Below are positions 1 through 9,719 of a DNA stretch of 64,000 nt, one piece after another. Numbering within the stretch: the first letter of the stretch is position 1; the number at the start of each line of letters is the position of its first letter. The translations under genes and the position numbers were made by a program. Below the pieces are notes generated by a model that worked only from the letters and a program-made list of their open reading frames with translations, made no database searches and was not told the origin of the DNA. The stretch comes from Vampirovibrionaceae bacterium NZW_1234 (GTDB taxonomy: Bacteria; Cyanobacteriota; Vampirovibrionia; Vampirovibrionales; JAGQHJ01): assembly GCA_041697335.1 (NCBI GenBank), contig JBGUGD010000025.1:64001-128000 (forward strand). Reading direction: 5' to 3'.

Positions 1-6
1 GAGTTC

Positions 7-66
7 CTAGAAGCGAACGATTTGGATTGTATTACTGAAGGCCGAAGCCCCGCTGGCGTTGGTGGT
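7..66 (-). pseudogene. Relic copy of the last 18 codons plus stop of the S8 protease gene at 2228-3967
   Basis: Reverse strand reads TTNASGASAFSNTIQIVRF*, identical to the protease C-terminus from TNASG onward. An in-frame TGA lies about 10 codons upstream, so it is not a full gene. Confidence 0.9.
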
Positions 67-257
67 TGAGGTGACGCACGCCCCGCTGGGATCTCATGAG
101 CACTGGGGGCTATGCCTCGCTGAGTGCCGATTTGCTCGGGGGATTGGCTTTGGCATCCCTGATTGTGGATTTAAAGTGTAAACCCTGCGGCTGGTTGCCA
201 GTACTGGTCGTCTTAATGGCCGAGACCGCCTACTCCGGGGGACTGATCCGGCACCCG

Positions 258-635
258 GAGATTTGCATGAACACGGCATATTGCTACGATGAAAAGAAAC
301 GAGAGATGCATCAATCCGGGATTTACTGTGCGGTGTGAGACAAGGCCAAACGGAATCATCTGTTGAGCAGCACGCAAAAAAGGCGTCATTGAGAGAAGCG
401 TCGGGTACGCTCAGGAGCCGAACATCCTTACGCCCACATGAAGCACCTGCAGAATTGCCGCAGAACCCGTTATTGTGTATTGGACAAGAACCGCTATCAT
501 GCCACGTTCCAAGGAACGGCGTATAACTTCCGCGAGATGGTGTTTTTCCTAAAAAAGCAGGCCAAGCAAGTGTTAACCCGAATGACGAAAGTGATTGAAA
601 TTGAAGCAAGAGCGAACTGTGCCAAAATGGTGTAA
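258..635 (+). pseudogene. IS5-family transposase C-terminal remnant
   Basis: One frame read through TGA at 336-338 and 390-392 gives NTAY..KK..GIYCAV*DKAKRNHLLSSTQKRRH*EKRRVRSGAEHPYAHMKH..RRTRYCVLDKN..AYNFR. This matches the IS5 'R..vEHPF..K...R.RY.GL.KN...AYN' signature. Confidence 0.8.
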
Positions 636-812
636 AATAAGCCAAGGAGTGCTTTGGATTTGGTTTTGAAAGTAAAAAATATGTAAAAAAACGGAAGGTT
701 TAGCAGCGAATGATCTTGAGGCTCTATCATAAATGACAGCAAATTCAGAATTATTCAGTTAACCCTTCACTAAATCCAAGTAAACTTAGACTTTTGGAGT
801 ACTTGATTCGTT

Positions 813-1637
813 ATGACGACTGTTGAAACACCCTTAATCGCACAACTTCAACTCAAAAATCTCTATTTGGATTTAATGAAGCGTTGTTTGATGAATTTGA
901 TTTATGACAATGACGCCAATTTAGAGACAGGAGACTATGTCACCAATCCGGACACTGGGAAACTGATCCCTCAATCAGGTAAAGCCTACTCAGCGGAGGA
1001 AAAACTGACTGGCGTCATCTGGCCATCTGTAGCACACACGATGATTGGCTGGCATCGACTCACGAATTTACAAAATTGTGTGGAAGACATTCTTCAAAAC
1101 AATATTCCGGGCGATTTTATCGAAACCGGTGTCTGGCGTGGCGGGGCTTCTATTTTTGTTCGCTCCATTCTAAAAGCTTATGGTGTTACCGATCGTACTG
1201 TCTGGGTAGCCGACTCCTTTGAAGGGCTTCCGCCAACACAAGAATCCACCTATGAATCGGATCACAAATTTGATTGGCTCAGCAAAGTCGAAGTTCTGGC
1301 CGTTTCTCTTGACCAGGTGAAAGCCAACTTTTCCAAATACGGATTGCTGGATCATCAGGTGCAATTTTTAAAAGGATGGTTCTGCGATACATTGCCCACC
1401 GCACCCATTACCCGTTTAGCCCTTTTACGTCTGGATGGTGACTTGTACGAATCGACCATTGACGCACTAAATGCGCTCTACCCGAAACTCTCCGTCGGGG
1501 GATATGTTATTGTTGATGACTATCATGCCTTAGACGCATGCCGCATGGCTGTCCAAGATTATCGTCAAACCCATATTATTCATGATCCGATCCACGAAAT
1601 TGACGGCTCCGGTGTATTTTGGCAACGTACGCAATAA
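813..1637 (+). CDS. TylF/MycF-family (macrocin) O-methyltransferase
   Basis: Motifs AHTMIG, IPGDFIETGVWRGG, VWVADSFEGLP, LRLDGDLYEST, GGYVIVDDY. Confidence 0.93.
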   Translation: MTTVETPLIAQLQLKNLYLDLMKRCLMNLIYDNDANLETGDYVTNPDTGKLIPQSGKAYSAEEKLTGVIWPSVAHTMIGWHRLTNLQNCVEDILQNNIPGDFIETGVWRGGASIFVRSILKAYGVTDRTVWVADSFEGLPPTQESTYESDHKFDWLSKVEVLAVSLDQVKANFSKYGLLDHQVQFLKGWFCDTLPTAPITRLALLRLDGDLYESTIDALNALYPKLSVGGYVIVDDYHALDACRMAVQDYRQTHIIHDPIHEIDGSGVFWQRTQ

Positions 1638-1922
1638 ACAACCCCGGGTGGCATGGGTGGCTCGGCCCTGACGCTTTTCCTGCGTCGGCTGTTTCGCCGG
1701 AAGCCAGCGGCCAACGCTTAAGCTTGCAGCGAAGGTGCCACCTGTCTAGTTGGCCACCATGTTACAGAAAATACAAATGATGTGTGTCTTTGGGCAATCC
1801 GGAAGCACACATTGTTTTATTTCCTTTAGATGAACTTGGCCTCATGGTGCCGAATCCCGAATCACAATTTGACGGCGTGAAGAACGAAGGAGAGAACGGA
1901 ACTTGTTGGAGGAGAGAGGAAT

Positions 1923-2135
1923 ATGGACTTATCAATTTCATTAACCGTGGGTACCGCGATCTTATCCGGTACGGTCACCAATACAACACCCCAACGCAGT
2001 CAGTTGCCCAGTCTGATAGGCCGAATGGACAAGATAGAGAAGCATCTGCAAGGCTTTTCGTTGCAAACTGGCCGTCTCCCAACCCCGTCGGGTTTTATGC
2101 TGAGTGTTTCAAACCCGGATAGTCAGAGTTGGTAA
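1923..2135 (+). CDS. Small hypothetical protein (70 aa)
   Basis: Strong SD (GGAGGAGAGAGGA) just before the ATG; hydrophobic N-terminus followed by a short coiled-coil-like segment. No family recognised. Confidence 0.35.
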   Translation: MDLSISLTVGTAILSGTVTNTTPQRSQLPSLIGRMDKIEKHLQGFSLQTGRLPTPSGFMLSVSNPDSQSW

Positions 2136-2185
2136 TCCTGGGTTTCTAGTATCGATGTGAGCCCTACAGGCCATTCATCAGTTAG

Positions 2186-2219
2186 ACGCCAGCCGGAGCA
2201 TTACCGCTCCGGCTGGCGT
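2186..2219 (-). terminator. Stem-loop downstream of the S8 protease
   Basis: Perfect 14-bp inverted repeat ACGCCAGCCGGAGC-attacc-GCTCCGGCTGGCGT, 8 nt after the stop codon. Confidence 0.75.
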
Positions 2220-2227
2220 TGCTGTTT

Positions 2228-3967
2228 TCAGAAGCGAACAATCTGAATGGTGTTGCTGAAGGCTGAAGCCCCGCTGGCGTTGGTGGCCCGGACCCGGTAG
2301 TAGTAGTCCCGGAACATGCCGGAGCCCAGCGAATCCGTCCAGGAGGTGACGTTAACCCCGAGCGACTTTACCATGGTGAAGCCGGTTGTCGGGCTCGTGC
2401 TTCGCCAGACTTCGTAGGTGGTCTCGTTGGTGGCGTTGTCCACCCAATTGAGCTGGACATAGCGATAGGCCAGCCAGCGATCCTGAACCAGGCGGGGGGT
2501 GCCGCTTAGATTACTGGGGGCCGCCGGAACAGTGGGAGCCGGTGTTGGCGAGGGAGTGGGGGCCGGGGTCGGTGCTGGTGCTGGGGCAGGTGCCGGACTG
2601 GGGGATGGACTTGGCGCCGGGGCCGGGGTGCTGGGATAGCCTGCCGCAGCTAAGGCGTTATTCAGGTTTAACGTGCCACCGGTGACGGTTTTCCCGCTCA
2701 GGTAGCCTACCTTGCGAGTCGTGTCCATCAGGATTTTCTTGACCTGGGCGTTGGTGAGCCCCGGGTTCTGTGCCCACATCAGGGCTGCAGCCCCGGCCAC
2801 ATGCGGTGTCGCCATAGACGTTCCGCTGTAGAGGGCATACCCCCCACCCGGAACGGTGCTCAATATTTTTTCGCCCGGAGCGGCCAGGTCGACGCTACTG
2901 CCGCCGAAGTTGGAGAAGGACGACAGGGCATCGGCCGCATTGATGGAGGCAACCGACATGACATTGGGCAAATCATAGCCTTGGGGATAATACGGGGTGG
3001 AATCGGTATTGGTGTTATTGTTTCCCGCCGCTGCAACGACCAGCCCCCCGCGTTGATTGTTGCGGTTAATGGCATCGTAGAGTGCCTGGGAAAACGACGT
3101 GCCGCCCCAGCTGTTGTTGCTGAGAAAGGCCCCGTTATTGGTGGCATAATCCAAGGCCTTGACGGCATTGCTGGTATATCCGCTGCCGTTGTTATCCAGG
3201 AATTTCAGGGGCATGACCCGGATGCCTGCCGGTCCCACCACCCCGGCGACACCGGTGCTGTTGTTGAACGCAGCCACCAGGGTGCCGGACACATGGGTCC
3301 CATGGCCTCGATCGTCGCTGGGATTGTTGGTATTTGCCACGAAGTTCCAGCCTCGGATGTCGTCGATGTAGCCGTTACCGTCATCATCGACACCGTTACC
3401 GACTACTTCCCTCGGGTTCGTCCAGATTCGTCCCGAGAGATCGGGGTGGGAAAAATCGATACCGCTGTCGAGAACGGCAATCGTCAGGCTGTTCCCGGCG
3501 GGTCTGAACCGATCCCAGGCTTCTGGAGCATCAATGTCATTTCCGGCGATGCCGCTGGTTTGGCCGGTGTTATGAAGCCCCCACAGATCTTTAAAGCTGG
3601 GGTCGTTGGGGATGGCCACTTCGGTGACACGGTAGTTGGGCTCGGCCCCAGCCAGCTCCGGTAATTGACGGGCATAGGCCAGGGCGTTCATGATGGCCGG
3701 GCTGTTCAGGCGAATCCGAAACCAGCCGTCCGCGCTGATTTGTTCCAAGGGGGTTGCCTGCAAGCGGGCATAGACCTGTTGCATGATGGCAGGTGGCACG
3801 TTGGGCCGGACTTTAATCAACAGCTCGCCCGGCGCATACTCCAGGGGAGCCACCTGTGCCGCTTGTTGGCCAAAGGCCAAGGGCATTCCGGCCAGGCTGT
3901 GGCTGGCAAGAATCACCAGGCAGGATAAAACCGCCGCCGGACGGCGAAAGGAATCTCGAATAGTCAT
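2228..3967 (-). CDS. Secreted S8 subtilisin-like serine protease with Pro-rich linker and C-terminal fibronectin type III domain
   Basis: Signal peptide; catalytic motifs AVLDSG, GHGTHVSG, SGTSMATPHVAG; DDDGNGYIDD insert; (PA/PS)n linker; FN3-like PAAPSNL..LNW.DN..Y.V.RS..YYYRVRATN. Confidence 0.95.
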   Translation of the reverse strand: MTIRDSFRRPAAVLSCLVILASHSLAGMPLAFGQQAAQVAPLEYAPGELLIKVRPNVPPAIMQQVYARLQATPLEQISADGWFRIRLNSPAIMNALAYARQLPELAGAEPNYRVTEVAIPNDPSFKDLWGLHNTGQTSGIAGNDIDAPEAWDRFRPAGNSLTIAVLDSGIDFSHPDLSGRIWTNPREVVGNGVDDDGNGYIDDIRGWNFVANTNNPSDDRGHGTHVSGTLVAAFNNSTGVAGVVGPAGIRVMPLKFLDNNGSGYTSNAVKALDYATNNGAFLSNNSWGGTSFSQALYDAINRNNQRGGLVVAAAGNNNTNTDSTPYYPQGYDLPNVMSVASINAADALSSFSNFGGSSVDLAAPGEKILSTVPGGGYALYSGTSMATPHVAGAAALMWAQNPGLTNAQVKKILMDTTRKVGYLSGKTVTGGTLNLNNALAAAGYPSTPAPAPSPSPSPAPAPAPAPTPAPTPSPTPAPTVPAAPSNLSGTPRLVQDRWLAYRYVQLNWVDNATNETTYEVWRSTSPTTGFTMVKSLGVNVTSWTDSLGSGMFRDYYYRVRATNASGASAFSNTIQIVRF

Positions 3968-4290
3968 AAGGCGTGTGCTTCTCTTCTTCTCGTTACATCT
4001 CGATTGAAATCGCTACAAAACAGCCTGTTTCTCAAAATCAAGGAACGGCGAAAGGAACAGGCTGTACTGTGTTATACCCTATGAAATCCGACTTGACCAC
4101 TGTTGAGGTGGGCTGTGGTGAAAAACTGTGTTAGTGAGTGTTTTGACGTGTCGCTTGGGAAGAACGCTCTCCTTGAGTGCGATTAGCAGGCTCGTCGTTT
4201 GTAGTGACACACCGAAGGCATCAGGTTTGCGTCACACGTGCGTTTATCGTATATGTGGAACATCACTGGTTTTAAAAGGGAATCGAGCAA

Positions 4291-5505
4291 ATGATGCATG
4301 TGACGGGAGTCAATCGGCTACAACGTCCGGTCAAGGCAACTATCGGGAAACGTTCGGAGGGTGTTGCTACTGTAAAAACGCCATTGTTTAAAGGGGGGCA
4401 ATCCGATAAGGTCACCGTCTCCCCTCAGGATATGCCGTTACTATCGACGCCCTTTGTGCCCAGTGCCAAGTGGGTCGAGCAATTGAGAAAGGCAATGGAA
4501 GGCCCGTATGTGGGTCGATACGGCTTTTATTACCCCCGAAATCGCTATAACATCTTAACCGCCCCTATCCATAAGGCGATTGAAAACGCCGGTGTCAAAA
4601 TGACGCGATTTTTCAATGTCGAGGCGAAAATCCCAGATAAAGTCGTGGGCAATGGCCCTGATTTTGTGCCCAAGATGCAGGAAGAAATTCAATACAAGCT
4701 CTATGGCCCCTTGTGGAACATCTACCATTTCCATGGTGCGGTGAATCCCGATGTGGGTGTCGTCGCGGTTTCCGATGGAAAGAGCTTTACGCCGGAAGTT
4801 ATTCGGCGCTTGTCCGAAGGTTTTCCGCCGGTAAAAAGTGCGGCTTTCCCCAAGCTGCTCAGCGATCTGCACGATGAGCTGGTGGCTCACGCCCGGCAAT
4901 TCCCAGGAGAGCTTTCTGTACAGGAGGATAAGCTGGTATTTGCCTCTATTCGACCCGAATTAGGGACACTGGAGCCCCTGGATCGGCCTAACCGTAAAAA
5001 AGTCGGAGGCCCCTTCAAGCTGGAACGGATGCGTGGCCAAGACTATCTTGCCTTGGGGCAGACTCGGCTGGTGACGGACCCCAAGACCCAGGAGGAACTG
5101 CTGGCCCATATTCAGGTGGGTTTCGTGATGACGCCACCCCCCGCGGAATCCGTGTTCAGAAACGGTAATGTCAGGACTTTGGAGCCGCAGTTCCAGGCGA
5201 TGATTCAAGACCACTTGGAGGGACCCATTCAAGAGGCGCTGCAAAAGGTCCTCGAAAAGGATATTCGTCAGGAGGTGCTCTTCAAGGAAGACGGCTATCG
5301 CTTTATTCCCCGCAAGTTTCTGGGCTGGCAGCCTCAGGGCAAAAGCACCCATTGGGCTGATGCGTTGCCGATACCGACCCAAAAAGAATTGGGAGCGATC
5401 CGGGTCACCAGCGAGTCTGGGGAAGAGGAACATTCGGTGACCTTGAAGCATGTGTCCCTTCATTTCATCGACTCGAAGGGGACGTTCTACGGCGCGGATT
5501 TATAA
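4291..5505 (+). CDS. Hypothetical protein with N-terminal leader (PLFKG / DKVTVS)
   Basis: 404-aa ORF with normal composition; no family recognised. Confidence 0.7.
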   Translation: MMHVTGVNRLQRPVKATIGKRSEGVATVKTPLFKGGQSDKVTVSPQDMPLLSTPFVPSAKWVEQLRKAMEGPYVGRYGFYYPRNRYNILTAPIHKAIENAGVKMTRFFNVEAKIPDKVVGNGPDFVPKMQEEIQYKLYGPLWNIYHFHGAVNPDVGVVAVSDGKSFTPEVIRRLSEGFPPVKSAAFPKLLSDLHDELVAHARQFPGELSVQEDKLVFASIRPELGTLEPLDRPNRKKVGGPFKLERMRGQDYLALGQTRLVTDPKTQEELLAHIQVGFVMTPPPAESVFRNGNVRTLEPQFQAMIQDHLEGPIQEALQKVLEKDIRQEVLFKEDGYRFIPRKFLGWQPQGKSTHWADALPIPTQKELGAIRVTSESGEEEHSVTLKHVSLHFIDSKGTFYGADL

Positions 5506-5611
5506 GCACCCGGGCGCCGAGGGTACGCTGTGACATTTCTTCATACTTTGTCATGCATGCCGCTTGAGGGCCTTTCAATCTAACGGATATGCAACAAAGG
5601 AGTTTTTAGAG

Positions 5612-6133
5612 ATGATCCCTACCCAGCTTCGCTCCGGGTTCACCCCACCTCAGTTCAATGCCGGTGCTCGTACCAAGGCCCCCAATCACGTTGCATTTCG
5701 GGGTGCCACCGAAACACCGTGGGAAACTGCCGCGGGCCTGTTGGCCGATAATGCCGCCAACTGGTGGGTAGGCCGGATGAAAGAGTCCAAATACTATAGT
5801 GGCCATCCCACGCCGGGAAAAGGTCGGCTGATCAATGACGAGGAGTTGGGGAGATTCGCCGATTCACTCAAAGAACTTCTGAAACAGCGGTTTTTAAATC
5901 CCCAGGCCCAGGACGGCACCTTTGGCGTGACCGTTGAGATGGAATACTCGCCTTTCGGTATCCTGAAACAGGCCCTTCAAAACACCCCCATCGATAACGC
6001 CGCCACATTAAAGCTGATGCTGCCCTATAAGACCGGCATGACCATTAAAGACGGCACCATTATTGCCCACAGGGCCTCCGGTAAGGACGAATCTGTCTAC
6101 ACCCTGCCCGATGGCTATAAAGAGCTGCTTTAG
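5612..6133 (+). CDS. Hypothetical protein with N-terminal leader (VAFRG)
   Basis: AAGGAG SD precedes ATG 5612, in frame with the listed ORF starting at 5564. Confidence 0.7.
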   Translation: MIPTQLRSGFTPPQFNAGARTKAPNHVAFRGATETPWETAAGLLADNAANWWVGRMKESKYYSGHPTPGKGRLINDEELGRFADSLKELLKQRFLNPQAQDGTFGVTVEMEYSPFGILKQALQNTPIDNAATLKLMLPYKTGMTIKDGTIIAHRASGKDESVYTLPDGYKELL

Positions 6134-6153
6134 GTCGCTGATTAGATAAATAC

Positions 6154-8808
6154 CTACCGGACAAATTGCGCCAGCTGATCTTCAATGGTGGTCATCTGCT
6201 GCTTCAGCTCATCCAGGCGGGCCCGATCTTTTTCGACAACGGCCGCAGGCGCGCGTTCAACAAAGCTGGGATTATTTAGGCGCCCGGCCAGCTGATCGTA
6301 TTCTTTTTGCAGCGTTTCCAGCTTTTTCTTCTGGCGGCTGACTTCGGCATCCACGTCAATGGCTCCGGCCAGGGACACCACCACGCGGCAGGAGCCCACG
6401 ACATCGGCAGCGGAGTTGGCCGGTTTTTCGGTTAACGCCTCGGTCAAGGTCAGGGATTCCAGCTTGACGAAGTGGTGAATGACATCCTGGTTGGCCTCCA
6501 AGGCCGCCATTTCATCGGGATCGGTGACCTCCAGAATGACCGGCGTGGGATGCGGATGCGGCACACCCGAGGCCTGGCGGACGTTTCGGATGGCCCGGAT
6601 GACGTTAATGACCGTGAGAATCGATTCATGAACCGGCCGGTTTTTTTCGGGGTCATACGCCGTCAGCGTCGGATAAGCACTGATCATCAGAGACTTGCCC
6701 GTGCGATGGGGCAGCATTTGCCAGATCTCTTCGGTAATGTGAGGCATGATGGGGTGCATCAGGCGCAGGGTCTGATCCAGCACATAGAGCAGGACCCGCT
6801 GGGTGTTGGCCTTGGTGGTCTCATCCCGGAGCTGCTTCTTGGCATATTCCACATACCAGTCGCAAAACAGGTTCCAGATGAACTCATAGAGGTCATCGGC
6901 CAGCTCGCCGAAGCGAAACTCGCTGAGCGCCGTATTGGCCTGGTGCGTATAATGCTTGAGCGAGGCCAGAATCCAGCGATCCATATTGGACAGGGCCGAC
7001 TCGTCAATGGGTTGGTTGTCGACACCTTCCAGGTTCATCAGCACGAAGCGCGAGGCGTTCCACAGCTTGTTGGCAAAGAGCTTGCCCTGCTCAAAGCTGT
7101 CTTTGGACAACTTGATGTCCTGACCGCCATAGGTCACCAGGCGGGTCAGGGAGAATCGCATGGCATCACAGCCATAGCTGTCGATGATTTCCACCGGGTC
7201 GATGGTGTTGCCCTTGGACTTACTCATTTTCTGGCCTTTTTCGTCCCGAATCAGGCCGTGGATGTAGACCGTGTGGAAGGGACTTTTGTCTGTCAGCTCC
7301 AGGCCGTCCATCACCATCCGGGCGACCCAGAAAAAGATGATGTCAAAGCCGGTCACGAGAACCGAGGTCGGGTAGAACTTCTGAAAGTCGGGAGCCGAGG
7401 TATCGGGCCAGCCCATGGTGCTGAAGGGCCACAAGCCCGAGGAAAACCAGGTGTCGAGAACGTCGGTTTCCTGGGTTAGTTTTGAGGATTTGCATTTGTG
7501 GCACTGGGTCGGAGTCTCCACGGCCACCGTGATTTCCGAACAATCGTCACAGTACCAGGCCGGAATCTGATGGCCCCACCATAATTGGCGGCTGATACAC
7601 CAATCCCGGATGTTGTGCATCCAGTCGAGGTAAATCTTGGTCCAGCGTTCGGGGATGAACTTCAATTCGCCCTGATCATGGCTTTGAATGCATTTTTCCG
7701 CAAGCGGCTTGCACCGGACAAACCATTGCTTGGACAACAATGGCTCAATGCTGGTGCCGCAGCGCTGGCAGTGACCCACGTTGTGACTGTGCGGCTCTTT
7801 TTTCACCAGGAACCCATGTTGTTCGAGCAAGGCTTCGGTCTGCTTACGGGCTTCGAAGCGATCCAGCCCGTGAAGGCTTTCGGGGACCCGGGAAACGGTT
7901 TCCATGTTGCCTTTGGTGTCGATGACCCATTCGGCTTCCAGGTTGTGGCGAAGGGCCATCTCGAAGTCATTGGGGTCGTGGGCCGGGGTGATTTTAACGG
8001 CACCGGTCCCGAACTCGGCATCAACGTAGTCATCGGCAATAATGGGGATTTCCACATTGGCCAGGGGGAGAATCAGGGTCTTGCCGATGAGGTTCTTGTA
8101 GCGGCTGTCGTTGGGGTTCACGGCCACGGCCACGTCGCCGAACATGGTTTCCGGGCGGGTGGTGGCAACCACCAGGGCACCGGGGGCATCTTTCAGCGGG
8201 TAGCTGATTTCCCACAGAAAACTGTCTTCTTCGCTGTATTCGGTCTCAATGTCGGAAATGGCCGAGGTACAGCGGGGGCACCAGTTGACGATATAGGTAC
8301 CGCGATAGATCAGGCCCTTGTCATAGAGGCGAACAAAGGCTTCCCGGACGGCACGGGACAAGCCGTCATCCAGGGTAAAGCGCTGGCGGTTCCAGTCGGG
8401 GGAAATGCCCAGACGCTTGAACTGGTTGACGATATCGGTCTTACGGGCATTGGCCCACTCCCAGACGACCTCCAGAAACTTTTCACGGCCCAGATCGAAC
8501 TTGGTGACGCCTTTTTCACGCAGGTTACGTTCCACCACGTTCTGGGTGGCGATACCGGCGTGATCGGTTCCCGGCATCCACAGGGTTTCATGGCCCAGCA
8601 TCCGGTGCCAGCGGATGAGGATGTCCTGAAGAGTGTTGTCCAGGGCGTGACCCATGTGAAGTGTGCCGGTGACATTGGGTGGCGGAATGACAATGGAAAA
8701 TTGTTCGCTGGCATTGGCGTTGACTTCCGGCGCGAACAGGGTCTCCTGTTCCCAAAAGGCATAAATTTTGTCTTCAACGGTCCGGGGAGAGTATGTCTTT
8801 TCAAGCAT
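6154..8808 (-). CDS. valS: Valine--tRNA ligase
   Basis: PPPNVTGTLHMGHA (HIGH), DHAGIATQ, DWCISRQLWWGH, KMSKS, C-terminal coiled-coil arm. Start taken at ATG 8808. Confidence 0.98.
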   Translation of the reverse strand: MLEKTYSPRTVEDKIYAFWEQETLFAPEVNANASEQFSIVIPPPNVTGTLHMGHALDNTLQDILIRWHRMLGHETLWMPGTDHAGIATQNVVERNLREKGVTKFDLGREKFLEVVWEWANARKTDIVNQFKRLGISPDWNRQRFTLDDGLSRAVREAFVRLYDKGLIYRGTYIVNWCPRCTSAISDIETEYSEEDSFLWEISYPLKDAPGALVVATTRPETMFGDVAVAVNPNDSRYKNLIGKTLILPLANVEIPIIADDYVDAEFGTGAVKITPAHDPNDFEMALRHNLEAEWVIDTKGNMETVSRVPESLHGLDRFEARKQTEALLEQHGFLVKKEPHSHNVGHCQRCGTSIEPLLSKQWFVRCKPLAEKCIQSHDQGELKFIPERWTKIYLDWMHNIRDWCISRQLWWGHQIPAWYCDDCSEITVAVETPTQCHKCKSSKLTQETDVLDTWFSSGLWPFSTMGWPDTSAPDFQKFYPTSVLVTGFDIIFFWVARMVMDGLELTDKSPFHTVYIHGLIRDEKGQKMSKSKGNTIDPVEIIDSYGCDAMRFSLTRLVTYGGQDIKLSKDSFEQGKLFANKLWNASRFVLMNLEGVDNQPIDESALSNMDRWILASLKHYTHQANTALSEFRFGELADDLYEFIWNLFCDWYVEYAKKQLRDETTKANTQRVLLYVLDQTLRLMHPIMPHITEEIWQMLPHRTGKSLMISAYPTLTAYDPEKNRPVHESILTVINVIRAIRNVRQASGVPHPHPTPVILEVTDPDEMAALEANQDVIHHFVKLESLTLTEALTEKPANSAADVVGSCRVVVSLAGAIDVDAEVSRQKKKLETLQKEYDQLAGRLNNPSFVERAPAAVVEKDRARLDELKQQMTTIEDQLAQFVR

Positions 8809-8951
8809 GAGATCGGGCCACTTCAACTATTGTTAACGCTTCGACACAAAATTGACCGGCGAGGATGCCGGAGGTTATAGTAGGATATCACATCAACCCC
8901 CGAACGAGTAGCCTTTGACAGGCTGCCCGGATTGGGATAAGGTGACATACC

Positions 8952-9593
8952 ATGGGCAATAGACATGACTCAAGCGGAGAAGAAGATATGACCCCATTGT
9001 CGCTGGAAGAGCAAGAACCGGGCGTTTATGTCCGTAGTGATCGTCCATCGAACGAACTGGATTTTTTGTGGGATCGGGAGCGGAAGAAGGGTGTTGATCA
9101 GGATCGATTCAATCTCGGCTTCTTTTTAGGTGGTTTTTTTGTAGGGTCCCTGGCCACCTTGGCAGGGTGCCTGTTGTATTTCTCCGGCATGAAGATGTTT
9201 ATTCCGGCCCAGGATGCTGAAAAGCCCCCGGTCATTGAAGAACGGACTCTCGATAAGACTGTTCAGTCTGAGGTGCCGGTGAAGGCCGACTCCTCCCAAA
9301 CTGTGACCGCTCCGGAGCCGGTAAAAACCGAAGCAAAGCCCAATAGCGGCTTTCAACTGCCGTTCTTCTCGTCCAAACCCAAACAGGATGAAGCGGCAAA
9401 AACCGAAGCGCCGGAACTGAAAGCCCGGACGTATGAAGTGCAATCCGGGGATACACTCGGCAGCATTGCCATCAAGTTTTACAATTCCAGCAGCCAGGAG
9501 TTGATGGAAAAGATCAAGCGGGCCAACAACATGCAGGATGCCGACAGTCTGCAAATCGGCCAAAAGCTGACCATCCCGCCCAAGTCATACTAA
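8952..9593 (+). CDS. Membrane-anchored LysM-domain protein
   Basis: TM segment FFLGGFFVGSLATLAGCLLYF; C-terminal YEVQSGDTLGSIA...LQIGQKLTIP. Confidence 0.9.
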   Translation: MGNRHDSSGEEDMTPLSLEEQEPGVYVRSDRPSNELDFLWDRERKKGVDQDRFNLGFFLGGFFVGSLATLAGCLLYFSGMKMFIPAQDAEKPPVIEERTLDKTVQSEVPVKADSSQTVTAPEPVKTEAKPNSGFQLPFFSSKPKQDEAAKTEAPELKARTYEVQSGDTLGSIAIKFYNSSSQELMEKIKRANNMQDADSLQIGQKLTIPPKSY

Positions 9594-9719
9594 AAGAAAC
9601 CGTCTGCCTGTTGCAGGATTTTAAGGGCCTCCCCGTCTCAGGCAATTTCGACGCTTGAGGTGAGTTTATTGCGACACGTGTTTTCCCTTGCATAAACAAC
9701 CTATGAGGCCCTGTTCTCG

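Noticed and set aside
94..645. 183-aa minus-strand ORF and 80-aa plus ORF at 96
   Set aside because: Shadow or fragment of the IS5 pseudogene; no independent coding signal.
1650..1721. Short frame GMGGSALTLFLRRLFRRKPAANA* after tylF
   Set aside because: Looks like a gene-tail remnant but is too short to support.
2801..3664. 287-aa plus ORF
   Set aside because: Antisense shadow of the S8 protease.
6472..8880. 335-aa and 431-aa plus ORFs
   Set aside because: Antisense shadows of valS.
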